A stretch of DNA of 64,000 nucleotides from an uncultured virus (IMG/VR IMGVR_UViG_3300038393_002953) (IMGVR_UViG_3300038393_002953), one strand, 5' to 3'. Shown: positions 29,153 through 39,600, counted from the first letter of the stretch. Notes: generated from the letters alone by a model not told the origin. A program made the numbers and translations.

Positions 29153-29686
29153 CTAGCCGACGGCGACCAGCCCCTGACCCTTCAGGCGCTCGATCTCGGC
29201 GCGCAGGGCGGCGTTCTCGTTCTCCAGGCGACGGCGCTCCAGCATGTCCTGCGAGGCCTGGAGGTTGCCGAGGCGCAGCTGGTTCAGCTCGTCCAGGATC
29301 TGCGCGAAGCCCTCGCGGAGCTGGTAGACCTCGCTGAGCAGGCGCTCCTCGTTGGCCTCGGTCTCGCGCAGGCGCACGTTGGCCTCGTGGCCGCCGACCG
29401 CACGGTAGTGGCCGCGCTCGTCGCGCTCCAGGAAGCCCGACGCGTAGAGGACGTGGACGATGTTCTGGATCGTGGACTCGCGCCCGGGGAAGGACGTGTA
29501 GAAAGCCGAGAGCGGCTGGAGTTCCTGACTCGACAGGATGTGGACCGCGATGTCTCGCACGCCGGGGCGCGTCTTCTGCGTCTCGCGCGTCCATTTCGCG
29601 GGGTTCTTCTTGGAAGAGGGCTTCTGGATGGAGACAACCGCCTTGTTAGAGGGCGCCTCCGGCTGAGGGGATGAGGTCTTCGCCAT
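29153..29686 (-). CDS. Putative winged-helix plus coiled-coil protein
   Basis: LYASGFLERDERGHYR wing-like motif; C-terminal heptads. Confidence 0.55.
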   Translation of the reverse strand: MAKTSSPQPEAPSNKAVVSIQKPSSKKNPAKWTRETQKTRPGVRDIAVHILSSQELQPLSAFYTSFPGRESTIQNIVHVLYASGFLERDERGHYRAVGGHEANVRLRETEANEERLLSEVYQLREGFAQILDELNQLRLGNLQASQDMLERRRLENENAALRAEIERLKGQGLVAVG

Positions 29687-29822
29687 GGTCTTGCTCCTTA
29701 CCGAGTGCGTCGCACCTTGCGATCAGGCCCTGGACTCTTCCGATCAGGCTCTGGATGCGCATATCGGTGGCGACATGCGGGGATACTTCGCGACGGATGG
29801 GGGTGATGGACACGGCTTCTCC

Positions 29823-30959
29823 TCAGGCCCTCGTCCTGGTCTCCAGGACGTAATGGATGAGATCAACACCGTGTTCGCCGATGACGTCTCCGACGTCGTT
29901 GTAGGGCCGCATCAGGCGCGCACAGTAGACCGTGACGAACTTCCCCAGAACATCCTTGGCGGCTTTCACGAGATCCTCGCCAGCCTGGTCGCTATCCAGG
30001 ATGACGGTGATCTGATCCGTGTATTGTTCCAGGAGCTTGCCGTGGTTTTCCGTGAACGCGGTTCCACCTGTGGCGACCGCTAGAGGGAAGCCGTACTGAT
30101 GCAAGCGCATCACGTCGAGCTGACCCTCGGTAACGAGGATACCTGGATGTGCCGAACATGTCAACCCTTTTCGGAGTTCCATAATGTTGCGCACACGCCA
30201 CATGTTGTAGAGGTGGTCTCCCTTGGGGAAGACGCCGTGGATGTATTTGGGGTTGGGCGCGACGCCAAGAGCCTGCGCCTGCTTCTTCTTGACGACCTTC
30301 GAATCGTCCACGACGCGCTTCACGATCGTGATCAGGTTGCCCTCGATGTCGCGGAACGGGAAGGTGATCCGCTCGGTCACCGGGTCGTAGCCACACTCGA
30401 AGAGGTCCATGATCTCGCGCGTGAAGAAGCGGTTCAGCAGGTAGGGGTGGAAGTGCTTGTAGCGCTCCAGCTCCTGCTCCAGGAGGACTTTGGCCGAGGT
30501 CGGCTTCGGCGCGATCAGCCGCGAGAGCTGCTTGTCCACGAGCTGGTGGAAGTCGAAGTCCTGCTTCGCCATCTCGCCGAGCGATCGCCCGAGCAACGAT
30601 TCGATCGTTCGCTTGGCCTCGCCGAAGCGCGTGCGCGACGCGTCGGGGAGCATGTCCCGGGTGACGCCCATGGAGCGGGCGCGCTTCTCGTCCAGCACCG
30701 CCGCGACGAATCCGAACGCGTCCGTCCCCTGATACTTGCCCTCGCGCAGGCAGTGGTGGGTCAGGCAGACGAAGGACCCGTACTTGCGCGAATCGAAGTA
30801 GGCGACGAACCCGTCCGGGTTGTCGGCGCCAGGATGCACCGGACAAGCTCCTTGCGCGAGCTTGCCCGGTATCAGCGAGCTGGCCGTGAACTCGAACTCC
30901 GCCCAGCCCAGGATCGCAAGGATGTCCGCCTCGCTCAAGGCGGGGGTGTCGTCCCTCAT
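29823..30959 (-). CDS. DnaG-like DNA primase
   Basis: CPVH...C Zn finger, RITFP, PKY, Toprim LVTEGQLDV and LDSDQAG. Confidence 0.9.
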   Translation of the reverse strand: MRDDTPALSEADILAILGWAEFEFTASSLIPGKLAQGACPVHPGADNPDGFVAYFDSRKYGSFVCLTHHCLREGKYQGTDAFGFVAAVLDEKRARSMGVTRDMLPDASRTRFGEAKRTIESLLGRSLGEMAKQDFDFHQLVDKQLSRLIAPKPTSAKVLLEQELERYKHFHPYLLNRFFTREIMDLFECGYDPVTERITFPFRDIEGNLITIVKRVVDDSKVVKKKQAQALGVAPNPKYIHGVFPKGDHLYNMWRVRNIMELRKGLTCSAHPGILVTEGQLDVMRLHQYGFPLAVATGGTAFTENHGKLLEQYTDQITVILDSDQAGEDLVKAAKDVLGKFVTVYCARLMRPYNDVGDVIGEHGVDLIHYVLETRTRA

Positions 30960-30975
30960 GCCGTTCGGTGGTTCA

Positions 30976-32691
30976 CTAGGAGGCGCTTCGAAGGAAGGAG
31001 CCGAGGCTCTTGGGCTGGGCGACGACCGGGGCGACCATGGCGCCTGACGGGGCGATCACGGGCGGCGGGGGCGTCAGTAGGCCGACGGCCTGGCTGGTGA
31101 CGTCGAAGGTCTCGCTCTCGACGATCGCCTCGTCCACCGGGTCGAGCCCGGCGGTGGGCACGATCACGCGGTTCGCCACGGCCTTGTTCGGGTCGCCCGC
31201 GCGATCGACCGGCGTGATCGTGCGGTTCTCGACCACGGTCAGGCGCGCGCGGCGCAGATCGCCCAGCAGCAGCATATGCTCGTCCTTGTAGTGGACCTGA
31301 TCGTTGCGGCCCTTCTGGATCATCAGGATGCGGTTGTGGTTCGCGGGGTCCTCGTGGTTCTCCCAGTCCATGACGCCGCCGATGTCCGCGTTCTGGAGCG
31401 TGCGCTGGCCGCCCGCGAACATGGAGATGTGCGGGCGCGCCATGCCGACCTTCTTGCGGCCCGTGATCGAGCCGTCCGAGGTGAGCTGGATGAAGGCCAC
31501 GACCGGGATCTCGAAGGCGACGGCAGCGTCCTTCAGGTACTGCGCCAGATCGCCGATCATGTTGTGGGTCTCCTTGCCGTCCCAGCGCGGGTTGATCTTG
31601 ATGTTGTCGAACAGCACGAGGTCCACGCCCTCGCGCTTGACCAGCGTGCGGATCAGCGCGTAGATGCCCGGGCCGTCGAAGTCCGGCATGGAGTACCAGA
31701 GGATCGGGTTCTGTTGGAACTGCCGCATGGCGCGGCGGACCGCCTCCTCCTCGGCGCGGTTGTTGACGAACCAGTTCTTCTGGATCGACTTGGTTTTGAC
31801 GCCAGAGGCGCAGGCCAGCATGCGCGGGAACCAGTCCTCCCAGTACATCAGCTCGCCGGTGTCGATGACAGCGACCTTGCACTGGCGATCGCCGGGCTTC
31901 AAACCATAAGCGCAGGTATAGGAAAAGTTAACATTCATTAAACTTTTGCCACAACCCGTCGGCGCGCCGAAGACGTGCAAGCGCCCGTTGCCGAAGCCGT
32001 CCATCATCTCGTCGTAGCCGGGCATGTTGGTGGGCACGCCACGGAACGTGATGCCCTGGGCCATCTCCTGGCGCTTGGCCTCGATATACTCCTCGGGGTC
32101 GTGGGCCACGACGATCCAGCTCTTCTTCTGGTGGACCGCCGCCGAGGCGTCGATGATGGTCTGCTCGGCCTGCTTGAGCAGGTCCTCGGGCGACACGTTG
32201 TCGTCCTGCGCGAGCGAGCGGATGCCGCCCACCGAGCCCTCGAACTTCTCGACGACCTTGCGCTTGGAGTGCAGGGTCTTGAGCGTCTCGCGGGTCAGCG
32301 GGAAGTTGGTCAGGGAGAGCTTGTAGGCGGCGATGCGATCGATCGCGCCGATGCCGCCCATCGAGGCCAGCACCTCGCGGACCTGCGGGTCGCGCTCGGC
32401 GTGGTTGACGATGGTGAACTTGTCGATGTCCTTCCAGCCCTGATCGTAGAGGTAGATGATCGAGCCCATGATCTGCCGGTACTCCGGCATGGTGAACATC
32501 GCCAGATCGTCTTCCTTGGCGACCTCGATCAGCTCGTTGTTGTTCAGGACGGCGGAGACGTAGGACTTCTCGATGCCGGGGCGGGACAGCTCACCCCAGA
32601 TCTCGGGCCCGGTCTTCGGGGCCGGGCTCGGGGACGACGGACCCTGCGACGGGGCCTCCGTTTGCAGCGCTTCCATGGGCATTGGGTTCAC
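30976..32691 (-). CDS. dnaB: DnaB-like replicative helicase
   Basis: GAPTGCGKS Walker A, VLFDNI, IPVVAFIQL, QNAD, KGRN. Confidence 0.85.
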   Translation of the reverse strand: MNPMPMEALQTEAPSQGPSSPSPAPKTGPEIWGELSRPGIEKSYVSAVLNNNELIEVAKEDDLAMFTMPEYRQIMGSIIYLYDQGWKDIDKFTIVNHAERDPQVREVLASMGGIGAIDRIAAYKLSLTNFPLTRETLKTLHSKRKVVEKFEGSVGGIRSLAQDDNVSPEDLLKQAEQTIIDASAAVHQKKSWIVVAHDPEEYIEAKRQEMAQGITFRGVPTNMPGYDEMMDGFGNGRLHVFGAPTGCGKSLMNVNFSYTCAYGLKPGDRQCKVAVIDTGELMYWEDWFPRMLACASGVKTKSIQKNWFVNNRAEEEAVRRAMRQFQQNPILWYSMPDFDGPGIYALIRTLVKREGVDLVLFDNIKINPRWDGKETHNMIGDLAQYLKDAAVAFEIPVVAFIQLTSDGSITGRKKVGMARPHISMFAGGQRTLQNADIGGVMDWENHEDPANHNRILMIQKGRNDQVHYKDEHMLLLGDLRRARLTVVENRTITPVDRAGDPNKAVANRVIVPTAGLDPVDEAIVESETFDVTSQAVGLLTPPPPVIAPSGAMVAPVVAQPKSLGSFLRSAS

Positions 32692-33403
32692 CCCTCAGGT
32701 GGTCGAAGTCGATCGTGGGCACGTCCTCCGGGCCGTCGATCGGCGCATGGCAGTGCGCGTCCTCGGCGATCAGGCGGTCGAAGTAGTCCCAGATCAAGCG
32801 GTAGTCATACGTCTCCGGATGCTCCTGGCAGAAAGCCCGGACGATGTTGTAGAACTCCAGGCGCGAGAGCGCCGACACCTTGCGATCGGTGTAGGGCGCC
32901 ACGACGCTGGCGAGAAAAGCTTGCTTGGCGGCGCGCGCGTCGTCGCTGGCCGCGTAGACGAGCTGGTGCTGGCGCTCGAAGGCCAGCGCGCGCAGGAACT
33001 CGGCGTCGTTGTTGCCGTACAGGTCGAAGAACTCCTTGGCCTTCTTGGCGATCATGCCGGAGGGGTCGCCCTCGTGGACCAGATCCTCGGCCACGCGGAC
33101 GCCCTCGTCGGTCGCGACCAGGCCGTAGGACCCGATCATGCGGACCACGAAGTTGAACAGGCCCCGCCCTTCGACGCGGTTCCGCTTGCAGATCGCGGAA
33201 ACGCGGAGGTACAGCTTCTGGGCCTGCGTGGTCTTCTCCTCGCGGGAGAGGGCGATCTCGTCGCCGCCCCGGGTGCCGCGCAGCTCGGCGATCTCCTTCT
33301 GGAGCGCGCCGACCGCTTCCAGCAGGGCCTCGGTGTTCCCGGCGGCGGCGGCCTGCTGAGCCTTGGTCGGCTTCTTCACGGCGGTCTCCTTGGGTTTCGT
33401 CAT
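32591..33403 (-). CDS. Hypothetical protein heading the helicase-primase operon
   Basis: GGAGAGG RBS, promoter upstream, overlaps helicase start. Confidence 0.7.
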   Translation of the reverse strand: MTKPKETAVKKPTKAQQAAAAGNTEALLEAVGALQKEIAELRGTRGGDEIALSREEKTTQAQKLYLRVSAICKRNRVEGRGLFNFVVRMIGSYGLVATDEGVRVAEDLVHEGDPSGMIAKKAKEFFDLYGNNDAEFLRALAFERQHQLVYAASDDARAAKQAFLASVVAPYTDRKVSALSRLEFYNIVRAFCQEHPETYDYRLIWDYFDRLIAEDAHCHAPIDGPEDVPTIDFDHLRGEPNAHGSAANGGPVAGSVVPEPGPEDRARDLG

Positions 33404-33429
33404 GGCCTCTCCTTCGATCGGGTTTCCCA

Positions 33430-33458
33430 AAGCTAACACGATCTTCTCGACAAATCAA
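33430..33458 (-). promoter_or_regulatory. Promoter of helicase/primase operon
   Basis: TTGATT-17-TAGCTT; near-copy of the dnaE promoter. Confidence 0.6.
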
Positions 33459-33780
33459 GGCCCCCCGATCGGGCCGATCGCATGCAAAAGCATGCGGTCG
33501 CTTGGCTTCGGGCCTTCGGGGAGCCTCATGCCCCTCACTTCGCCTCCAGGCTCGCCATCCGAGACTGAAACCTTCTCCAGGCCCAGGTCTCCACCCGGCG
33601 GCGGAGCCTGCGCAGCCGCCGTCCAGAAGATCCTACGAACGAAGTGAGTAGGATCTTCATGGGCCCCATGGTCTCTCTTAGGATCCAGGATCCCGAAGGG
33701 ATCATGGTTCATCTTCCGCACCCGCGCGCGCGAACAAAGGCAGCGCGCCCATGCGCATGCATGAGGACTGGCGGCGGGGT
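33459..33780. ncRNA. Highly structured intergenic element (candidate ncRNA or replication origin)
   Basis: Multiple inverted repeats enclosed by a long-range helix; no credible ORF. Confidence 0.45.
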
Positions 33781-33809
33781 TGACAGCGGCAAACATTATG
33801 GCGTAGACT
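33780..33809 (+). promoter_or_regulatory. Sigma70-type promoter
   Basis: TTGACA-18-TAGACT. Confidence 0.7.
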
Positions 33810-33816
33810 CCTCGAA

Positions 33817-33874
33817 GGCATACGACCCACCAGGCGCGACGAGACCCCAGGTAGACGAGCAGAAGGCATACGAC
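33817..33874 (+). repeat. Two GAAGGCATACGACC direct repeats in the 5' leader
   Basis: GGCATACGAC core at 33817 and 33865. Confidence 0.85.
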
Positions 33875-33902
33875 CGGCCCCCACCCTACACGAGGAAGAC
33901 CC

Positions 33903-34748
33903 ATGTCGGAACTCATCATCGTTGGCGCCGGGTCGGCGTTCAACGCCAAGGCCGGGCATTGCTCGGCGCTGATCAAGAGCGGCAAGGCGGGTGTCCTGCT
34001 CGACTGCGGCGCGCTGGTGCCCTTCGCGCTCCAGGACGCCGGGCTGATCGACGACGTGACCCACGTCCTGGTCTCGCACGGCCATGCCGACCACATCGGC
34101 GGCATCGAGCCGCTCGCGCAGATCCGCTACTTCGTCTCCCTGAAGGGCTACCCGCTGATGGGCAAGCCCTCCGTGCCGGTGCCCGCCCTGGTGGCGCCCC
34201 AGCGCATGATCGACGTCCTCCGGACCGAAGAGGTGCGCGGGCTGGGCAAGATTCAGGATGACTTCGGTCGCCCGCTTAACGCCACGCTGGAGACCTACTT
34301 CGACCTCGACGTCATCGAGGCCTTCAGCACGTTCTGCCCTGAAGGCGCGGACGACATGCTCGGCCTGCGCTACCTGCACGCCGATCACGTCCCGGGCGAC
34401 TTCCCCGCCTACTCGTTCGAGGTGATCGCCTCGCAGCCTTACAGGTCGCAGCGCCGAATCCTCTGGAGCGCGGACACCCGCGTGCCGCTGCGCGTGGACG
34501 GCTACGATCTCGTCTTCCACGACTGCCAGCTCTTCCAGGGACCGAACCGGGGCGGCGGCGACGTCCACGCCTACTTCGACGATCTGGTCGCGGCGATCCC
34601 GCCCGAGCAGCGCGGCAAGGTCTGGCTGATGCACTTCGGCAAGAACGTGGACGCCTGGCGCGAGAAGGCCGCCGAGGCCGGGTTCGCGGGCTTCGCCCAG
34701 CCGGGTCAGCGCTTCGACCTCCGCACCTGCACCCCCATCGACGCCTAG
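33903..34748 (+). CDS. MBL-fold hydrolase, Apyc1 (anti-Pycsar)-like cyclic nucleotide phosphodiesterase
   Basis: GAGSAF, LLDCG, SHGHADHIGG, HVPG, SADTR, FHDCQL, VHA, LMHFG. Confidence 0.75.
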   Translation: MSELIIVGAGSAFNAKAGHCSALIKSGKAGVLLDCGALVPFALQDAGLIDDVTHVLVSHGHADHIGGIEPLAQIRYFVSLKGYPLMGKPSVPVPALVAPQRMIDVLRTEEVRGLGKIQDDFGRPLNATLETYFDLDVIEAFSTFCPEGADDMLGLRYLHADHVPGDFPAYSFEVIASQPYRSQRRILWSADTRVPLRVDGYDLVFHDCQLFQGPNRGGGDVHAYFDDLVAAIPPEQRGKVWLMHFGKNVDAWREKAAEAGFAGFAQPGQRFDLRTCTPIDA

Positions 34749-34756
34749 GAGGCCCC

Positions 34757-36571
34757 ATGGACCCCAACCAGATCGAGCAAGCGGTTTCCCAGATCGAACG
34801 CAGCTTCGGGCTCTCGCGCCTGACCTCCGGCCTGCTGGTGGGCCGGGGCTACCAGACGGTCGATCAGGTCGCGAACTACCTCGGCCACACCTCCGAGCCA
34901 TTCGACCCGCTCTCGGTCTGGGGCGTCAAGGCGGCGGCGGAGCGCATCCTCTACGCGCTCTCGACCGGCCAGCGCATCCTGGTCTACGGCGACTACGACG
35001 TGGACGGCATCACCGGCGCCAGCATCATGTACTCGTACCTCGCGCAGTACGCGCCGGGTGATCGCCATCGGATCGACTACTACGTGCCGGACCGCTTCCG
35101 CGACGGCTACGGCCTGACCATCCAGGGCGTCGATCGCCTCTACAACGAGGGCTTCGAGGGCCTGGTCGTCACGGTGGACAACGGCATCGCGGCGGTCGCG
35201 CCGGTCCAGCGCGCCAACGATCTGGGCAAGTTCCAGATCGTCGTGACCGACCACCACGAATTGCTGGCCGATGGCACGTTCCCGAACACCTGGATCGTCA
35301 ACCCGCGCATCAACGGTGAGTACCCCATGATGTCCGGCGCGGGCGTGGCCTACATGGTCTGTTGCGCGCTGGAGCGGCTCTGGCCGACGCCCAAGGGCAC
35401 GGACTGGCTCGCGGATCTCGCGGCGATCGGGACGATCGCGGACATGTGCCCGCTGACCTCGATCAATCGCCCTCTGGTGCGTTTCGGTCTCTCGAAGATG
35501 CAGAGCGGCCTGCGCACGGGGCTCTACGAGCTGCTGCTCGCCAACGACTTCTCGTTCGAGACCGACACGATCAACTCCGAGACGATCGGCTTCAAGATCG
35601 GCCCCTGCCTGAACGCGGCGGGCCGCATCGACAATCCCATGCAGTGCGTCGAGCTGCTGATCACCGAGGACGGCGAGTACGCCGAGAAGATCTCGCGCAA
35701 TTTGATCAAGCTGAACGAGGAGCGCAAGAAGATCTCGAAGAGCGCCGCCGAGGAGGCGGAGGAGCTGGCCGAGAAGATCGTCGCCGACAACCCGGACACC
35801 GGCGTGATCGTGATCTCCTCCAAGGAGTTCCACGGCGGCGTCGTCGGCCTCGCGGCGGCCAAGATCGTCGAGAAGTTCCACCGCCCCACGATCCTGCTCC
35901 ACGAGGGCGAGGACGGCAAGCTCGTAGGCTCCGCGCGCTCGATCCCGGGCTACAACGTCCGCGAGAGCCTCGACACCGCCGCGCACCTGATGGTCAAGTA
36001 CGGCGGCCACGCCGGGGCGGCGGGCATGACACTCCAGACCGAGAACCTGGAGGCCCTGCGCGCGCAGCTCAACGACCACTTCGCTCGCACGGTCGGCCCG
36101 GTGGTGGACGTCAAGCACCACCCCTTCGATCGCGACGTGCCCTTCGGCATGCTCTCGGTCAAGCTGGTCAAGGAGCTTCGCGCGGTCTTCGAGCCTTGCG
36201 GCATGGGCAACCCCTTCGTGACCTTCCGCACCAAGGGCTGCCTGGTCGAGGACGATAAGCTGGTCGGCAAGAAGGAGAGGGTCCACCTCAAGACCACGCT
36301 CTCGCAGGGCGGTCGCCGGATGGACGGCATCGGCTTCTTCATGGACCACGCCTACCCGCTACCGCGCGACCGCGAGGTGATCGTGACCTACAACCCCGAC
36401 AACAACACCTTCCGGGGCCGCACCTCCGTGCAGATGAAGATCAAGGAGATCTACGCGGAGGATCCGGAACCCGTCGCGTTGCCCCCGCTGCCGCCCTTCT
36501 CCGCGCCGGTGATGCCCGCGCCCCCCGGCGGCGAGGCGCCCATGCTGGGCGGCCCGCGCGCTTTCCAGTAG
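34757..36571 (+). CDS. recJ: ssDNA exonuclease RecJ
   Basis: GDYDVDG, TVDNG, TDHH, GTIAD, NAAGR, GSARS, GGHAGAAG. Confidence 0.95.
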   Translation: MDPNQIEQAVSQIERSFGLSRLTSGLLVGRGYQTVDQVANYLGHTSEPFDPLSVWGVKAAAERILYALSTGQRILVYGDYDVDGITGASIMYSYLAQYAPGDRHRIDYYVPDRFRDGYGLTIQGVDRLYNEGFEGLVVTVDNGIAAVAPVQRANDLGKFQIVVTDHHELLADGTFPNTWIVNPRINGEYPMMSGAGVAYMVCCALERLWPTPKGTDWLADLAAIGTIADMCPLTSINRPLVRFGLSKMQSGLRTGLYELLLANDFSFETDTINSETIGFKIGPCLNAAGRIDNPMQCVELLITEDGEYAEKISRNLIKLNEERKKISKSAAEEAEELAEKIVADNPDTGVIVISSKEFHGGVVGLAAAKIVEKFHRPTILLHEGEDGKLVGSARSIPGYNVRESLDTAAHLMVKYGGHAGAAGMTLQTENLEALRAQLNDHFARTVGPVVDVKHHPFDRDVPFGMLSVKLVKELRAVFEPCGMGNPFVTFRTKGCLVEDDKLVGKKERVHLKTTLSQGGRRMDGIGFFMDHAYPLPRDREVIVTYNPDNNTFRGRTSVQMKIKEIYAEDPEPVALPPLPPFSAPVMPAPPGGEAPMLGGPRAFQ

Positions 36572-36574
36572 GCA

Positions 36575-36604
36575 TTGACAATCAACATAATACCGAGCTA
36601 AGAT
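36575..36604 (+). promoter_or_regulatory. Sigma70-type promoter
   Basis: TTGACA-18-TAAGAT. Confidence 0.7.
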
Positions 36605-36629
36605 AGCCCCCCGAGGAGAACGAAAGCCC

Positions 36630-39600
36630 ATGAGTGAGAAGTCGCTGAGCGTGTTCCTGCGGCGTCCGGCCCCCGAGGCCGCGCCCGCCCCCGCGCCGGA
36701 GCCGCCTGCGGCCTCCTGGGAGGCGCCGCCGCCCGCGCTCGTGCTGCCCTCGCTGGCGCCGCCGACGCTGCCCGGCGGGGAGACGCCGGTGGTCTCGATC
36801 ACGCCGATCGCGCCGCTGTCCCAGGGCGCCCCGCTGCCGCCGCCCGCGCCGACCGCGCAGGCATTCTACGTGCCCGCCGGGCTCTCGCCCGCGCAGTACC
36901 TGGCGCGCCTGGACGACGAGCAGCGCGCGCTCGCCATGGCGATCGACGGCCCGGTGCGCGGCATCGCCGGGGCGGGATCGGGGAAGACGTCAACCTTCGT
37001 GCGCCGCATCCTGCACATGGTCGTCCAGGGTATCCCCCCGCACCAGATCCTCGCGACGACCTTCACCAAGAAGGCCGCGAACGAGATGACCTCGCGCCTG
37101 CGTGCGCTCTTCAAGGACTTCGGCCTGCCCTGGGCCGAGGGCTTCGCGATCGGCACGATGCACTCGCTCGCCTCGCGGATCTGCCGCGAGTACGGGCGTT
37201 ACATCGACCTCGACACGTCCTACACGATCATCGACCAGGACGACGCCGAGACCATGATCAACCGCCTGATCAAGAGCGTGATCGGCAAGGACACCAAGGT
37301 CAGCGACCGCGATCTGCTCGACGCGATCTCCTACGCCCGCAACGCCCGCGTCCGCCTGCGCGACGCGCTGGAGATGAAGATGTCCACCTTCGGATCGCTG
37401 TTCGGCGCGTTCGAGCGCATCGCCGACCAGTACGTCGAGGACAAGCGCAACATCAACGTCATGGACTTCGACGACCTGCTGGAGAAGTGGCTGGAGCTGC
37501 TGGAGTTCTCGCCCGAGGCCAAGGCCGCCATGCAGGGCCGCTGGCGCTACGTCATGATGGATGAGTACCAGGACACGAACACGCTCCAGAACGAGATCCT
37601 GCGCCACCTCTGCGAGAACCACCGCAACATCTTCGTGGTCGGCGACGACAAACAGTGCCTGCCCGGCGATACGCTGATCCGCACGCCCGAGGGCGACCGT
37701 CCCATCTCGCAGATCCGCGAGGGCGATCTGGTGCTTTGCGCCGCCGGGCATGGGCGGTCGGCCTTCGGTCGGGTTGACAAGGTGTTCTCTCGCCCGGTGA
37801 GCGAGTCCCTTTACCAGATCCGCCTGGCTTCGGGTCGCACCGTGCGCGCCACGGGGAACCACGTCGGTTTCGCCCGGCTCCCCATCAAGCCCGGTCGCCA
37901 TTACGTCTACCTGATACACCGCGACGATCTGGGCTACCGGATCGGCAAGACAGCCAGTATGGCGCAAACGTCCTCCGAGGGCCGCTGCAAGGACGCCAGC
38001 GGGCTCAAGGTCCGCGCCAACCAGGAGCGCGCCGACGCCGCCTGGGTGCTGGGGGTCTACGACTCCGAGCAGGAGGCCCAGCGCATGGAGCAGATCCTGT
38101 CGCTGCGCTACGGCGTGCCCCAGACCATGTTCGTGGCGCGCGGCAAGCTGGACGAAGGCGACATCCAGGCGATCTTCGCCGAGGGCGCCCAGCGCTGGCG
38201 CGTGGAGGACCTGATGGCCGACTTCGGCCTGGACCCCCGCTTCCCCCACTACTTCCCCCAGAACTGCGCGCGCGGTCGTTTCTCGCGCCAGCAGGTCAAG
38301 TTCGCCATGTTCTCGGGGTCCCGCAACATGCACCGCGTATCGCTTGAGACCCGTGACGCCGACGTGCATGATCTCGTCACGACCCATGCCTGGCGCGAGA
38401 GCAAGGCGGGCAAGAAGATCGAGAAAAACAGGGCTTCCTACGACGAGGCCCTGTGTGTGGCAGAGGTGCTGGCGAACGAAGGCGGGCTTGAGATCCGCAA
38501 GTCGGCGCTCATGGTGGACGGCGATCGCGCCTTCCCCTTCCTGCCTGTTTCGTCCTTCCGCGTCGGCATGGAGGTGCCTTCCTACGATGGCGAGGCGGTG
38601 GTGACCGATACGATCGTCGAGATCGTTCGCCTTGAGGCTGAGCCGCAGACGGTCTGGGATCTCTCGGTGCCGGAGTACCGCAACTTCGTGGCCGATGGCG
38701 TGGTTGTCCACAACTCGATCTACGCCTTCCGCGCCGCCAACGTCGAGAACATCCTCACGTTCGAGCAGCGCTGGCCCGGCTGTCAGACCTTCTACATCTC
38801 CAGCAACTACCGCTCGACGCCGCAGATCGTCGCGGTGGGCAACTCGCTGATCGCCAAGAACTCGCGCCAGCTCCCCTACGTCGCCCAGACGCCCAACGCC
38901 AACGGCATGAAGCCGATGGTGATCCGCTCGGAGAACGACGGCGAGCAGGACCGCGACATCGTGGAGAAGATCACCTTCTACCACGAGGAGCATAACGTTC
39001 CCTACGACGAGATGATGGTGCTGATGCGCCAGAACCGCCAGTCGATCATGCTGGAGCGCGACCTCGTGCGCGCGGGCATCCCCTACTACAAGCGCGGCCC
39101 GCAGTTCTGGCGCTCGCAGCACATGAAGATGGTGCTGGCCTGGGTCAAGCTGCTCCAGAACCCGATGGAGAAGCTCGCGCTGGCCCGTGTGGTCGCGCTC
39201 TACCCCGGGCTAGGCAAGAAGGCGATCGACGACGCCTCCAAGGCGATCGAGAAGCCCGAGGACTTCGACCGCTTCATGCGCGGCGAGATCGCGCTCGGCA
39301 AGGCGGCGGGCTGGCTGAAGTGCCAGGAGGATCTGCGCGAGATCGTCGAGGCCTACCGCTCCGGCGCCCCCCGCTGCCTCCAGGAGTCGCTGGGCCGCCT
39401 GCGCGCGGTCGCCGAGCCCTTCATCCTCGACATGGAGAAGGCCGACAGCCGCCTCGCCGACGTGGACACGATGCTCGCGCTGGCCGAGGGCTTCGAGAAG
39501 GTCGAGGATCTGCTCGAAGAGATCGCGCTCCAGGACGAGTCCTCGGGTTCCAAGGAGAACCGCGTCCTGCTCTCCACGATCCACGGCGTCAAGGGCCTGG

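Noticed and set aside
29716..29755. Two 19-bp imperfect direct repeats with a 21-nt period
   Set aside because: Probably a heptad duplication within a small ORF (about 55 aa, GTG start near 29813); no further copies seen
33855..33875. Resemblance of AGCAGAAGGCATACGA to the Illumina P7 adapter
   Set aside because: All five copies end GAC rather than GAG, lack the full adapter and sit specifically in promoter leaders; judged probably genuine, though reads should be checked
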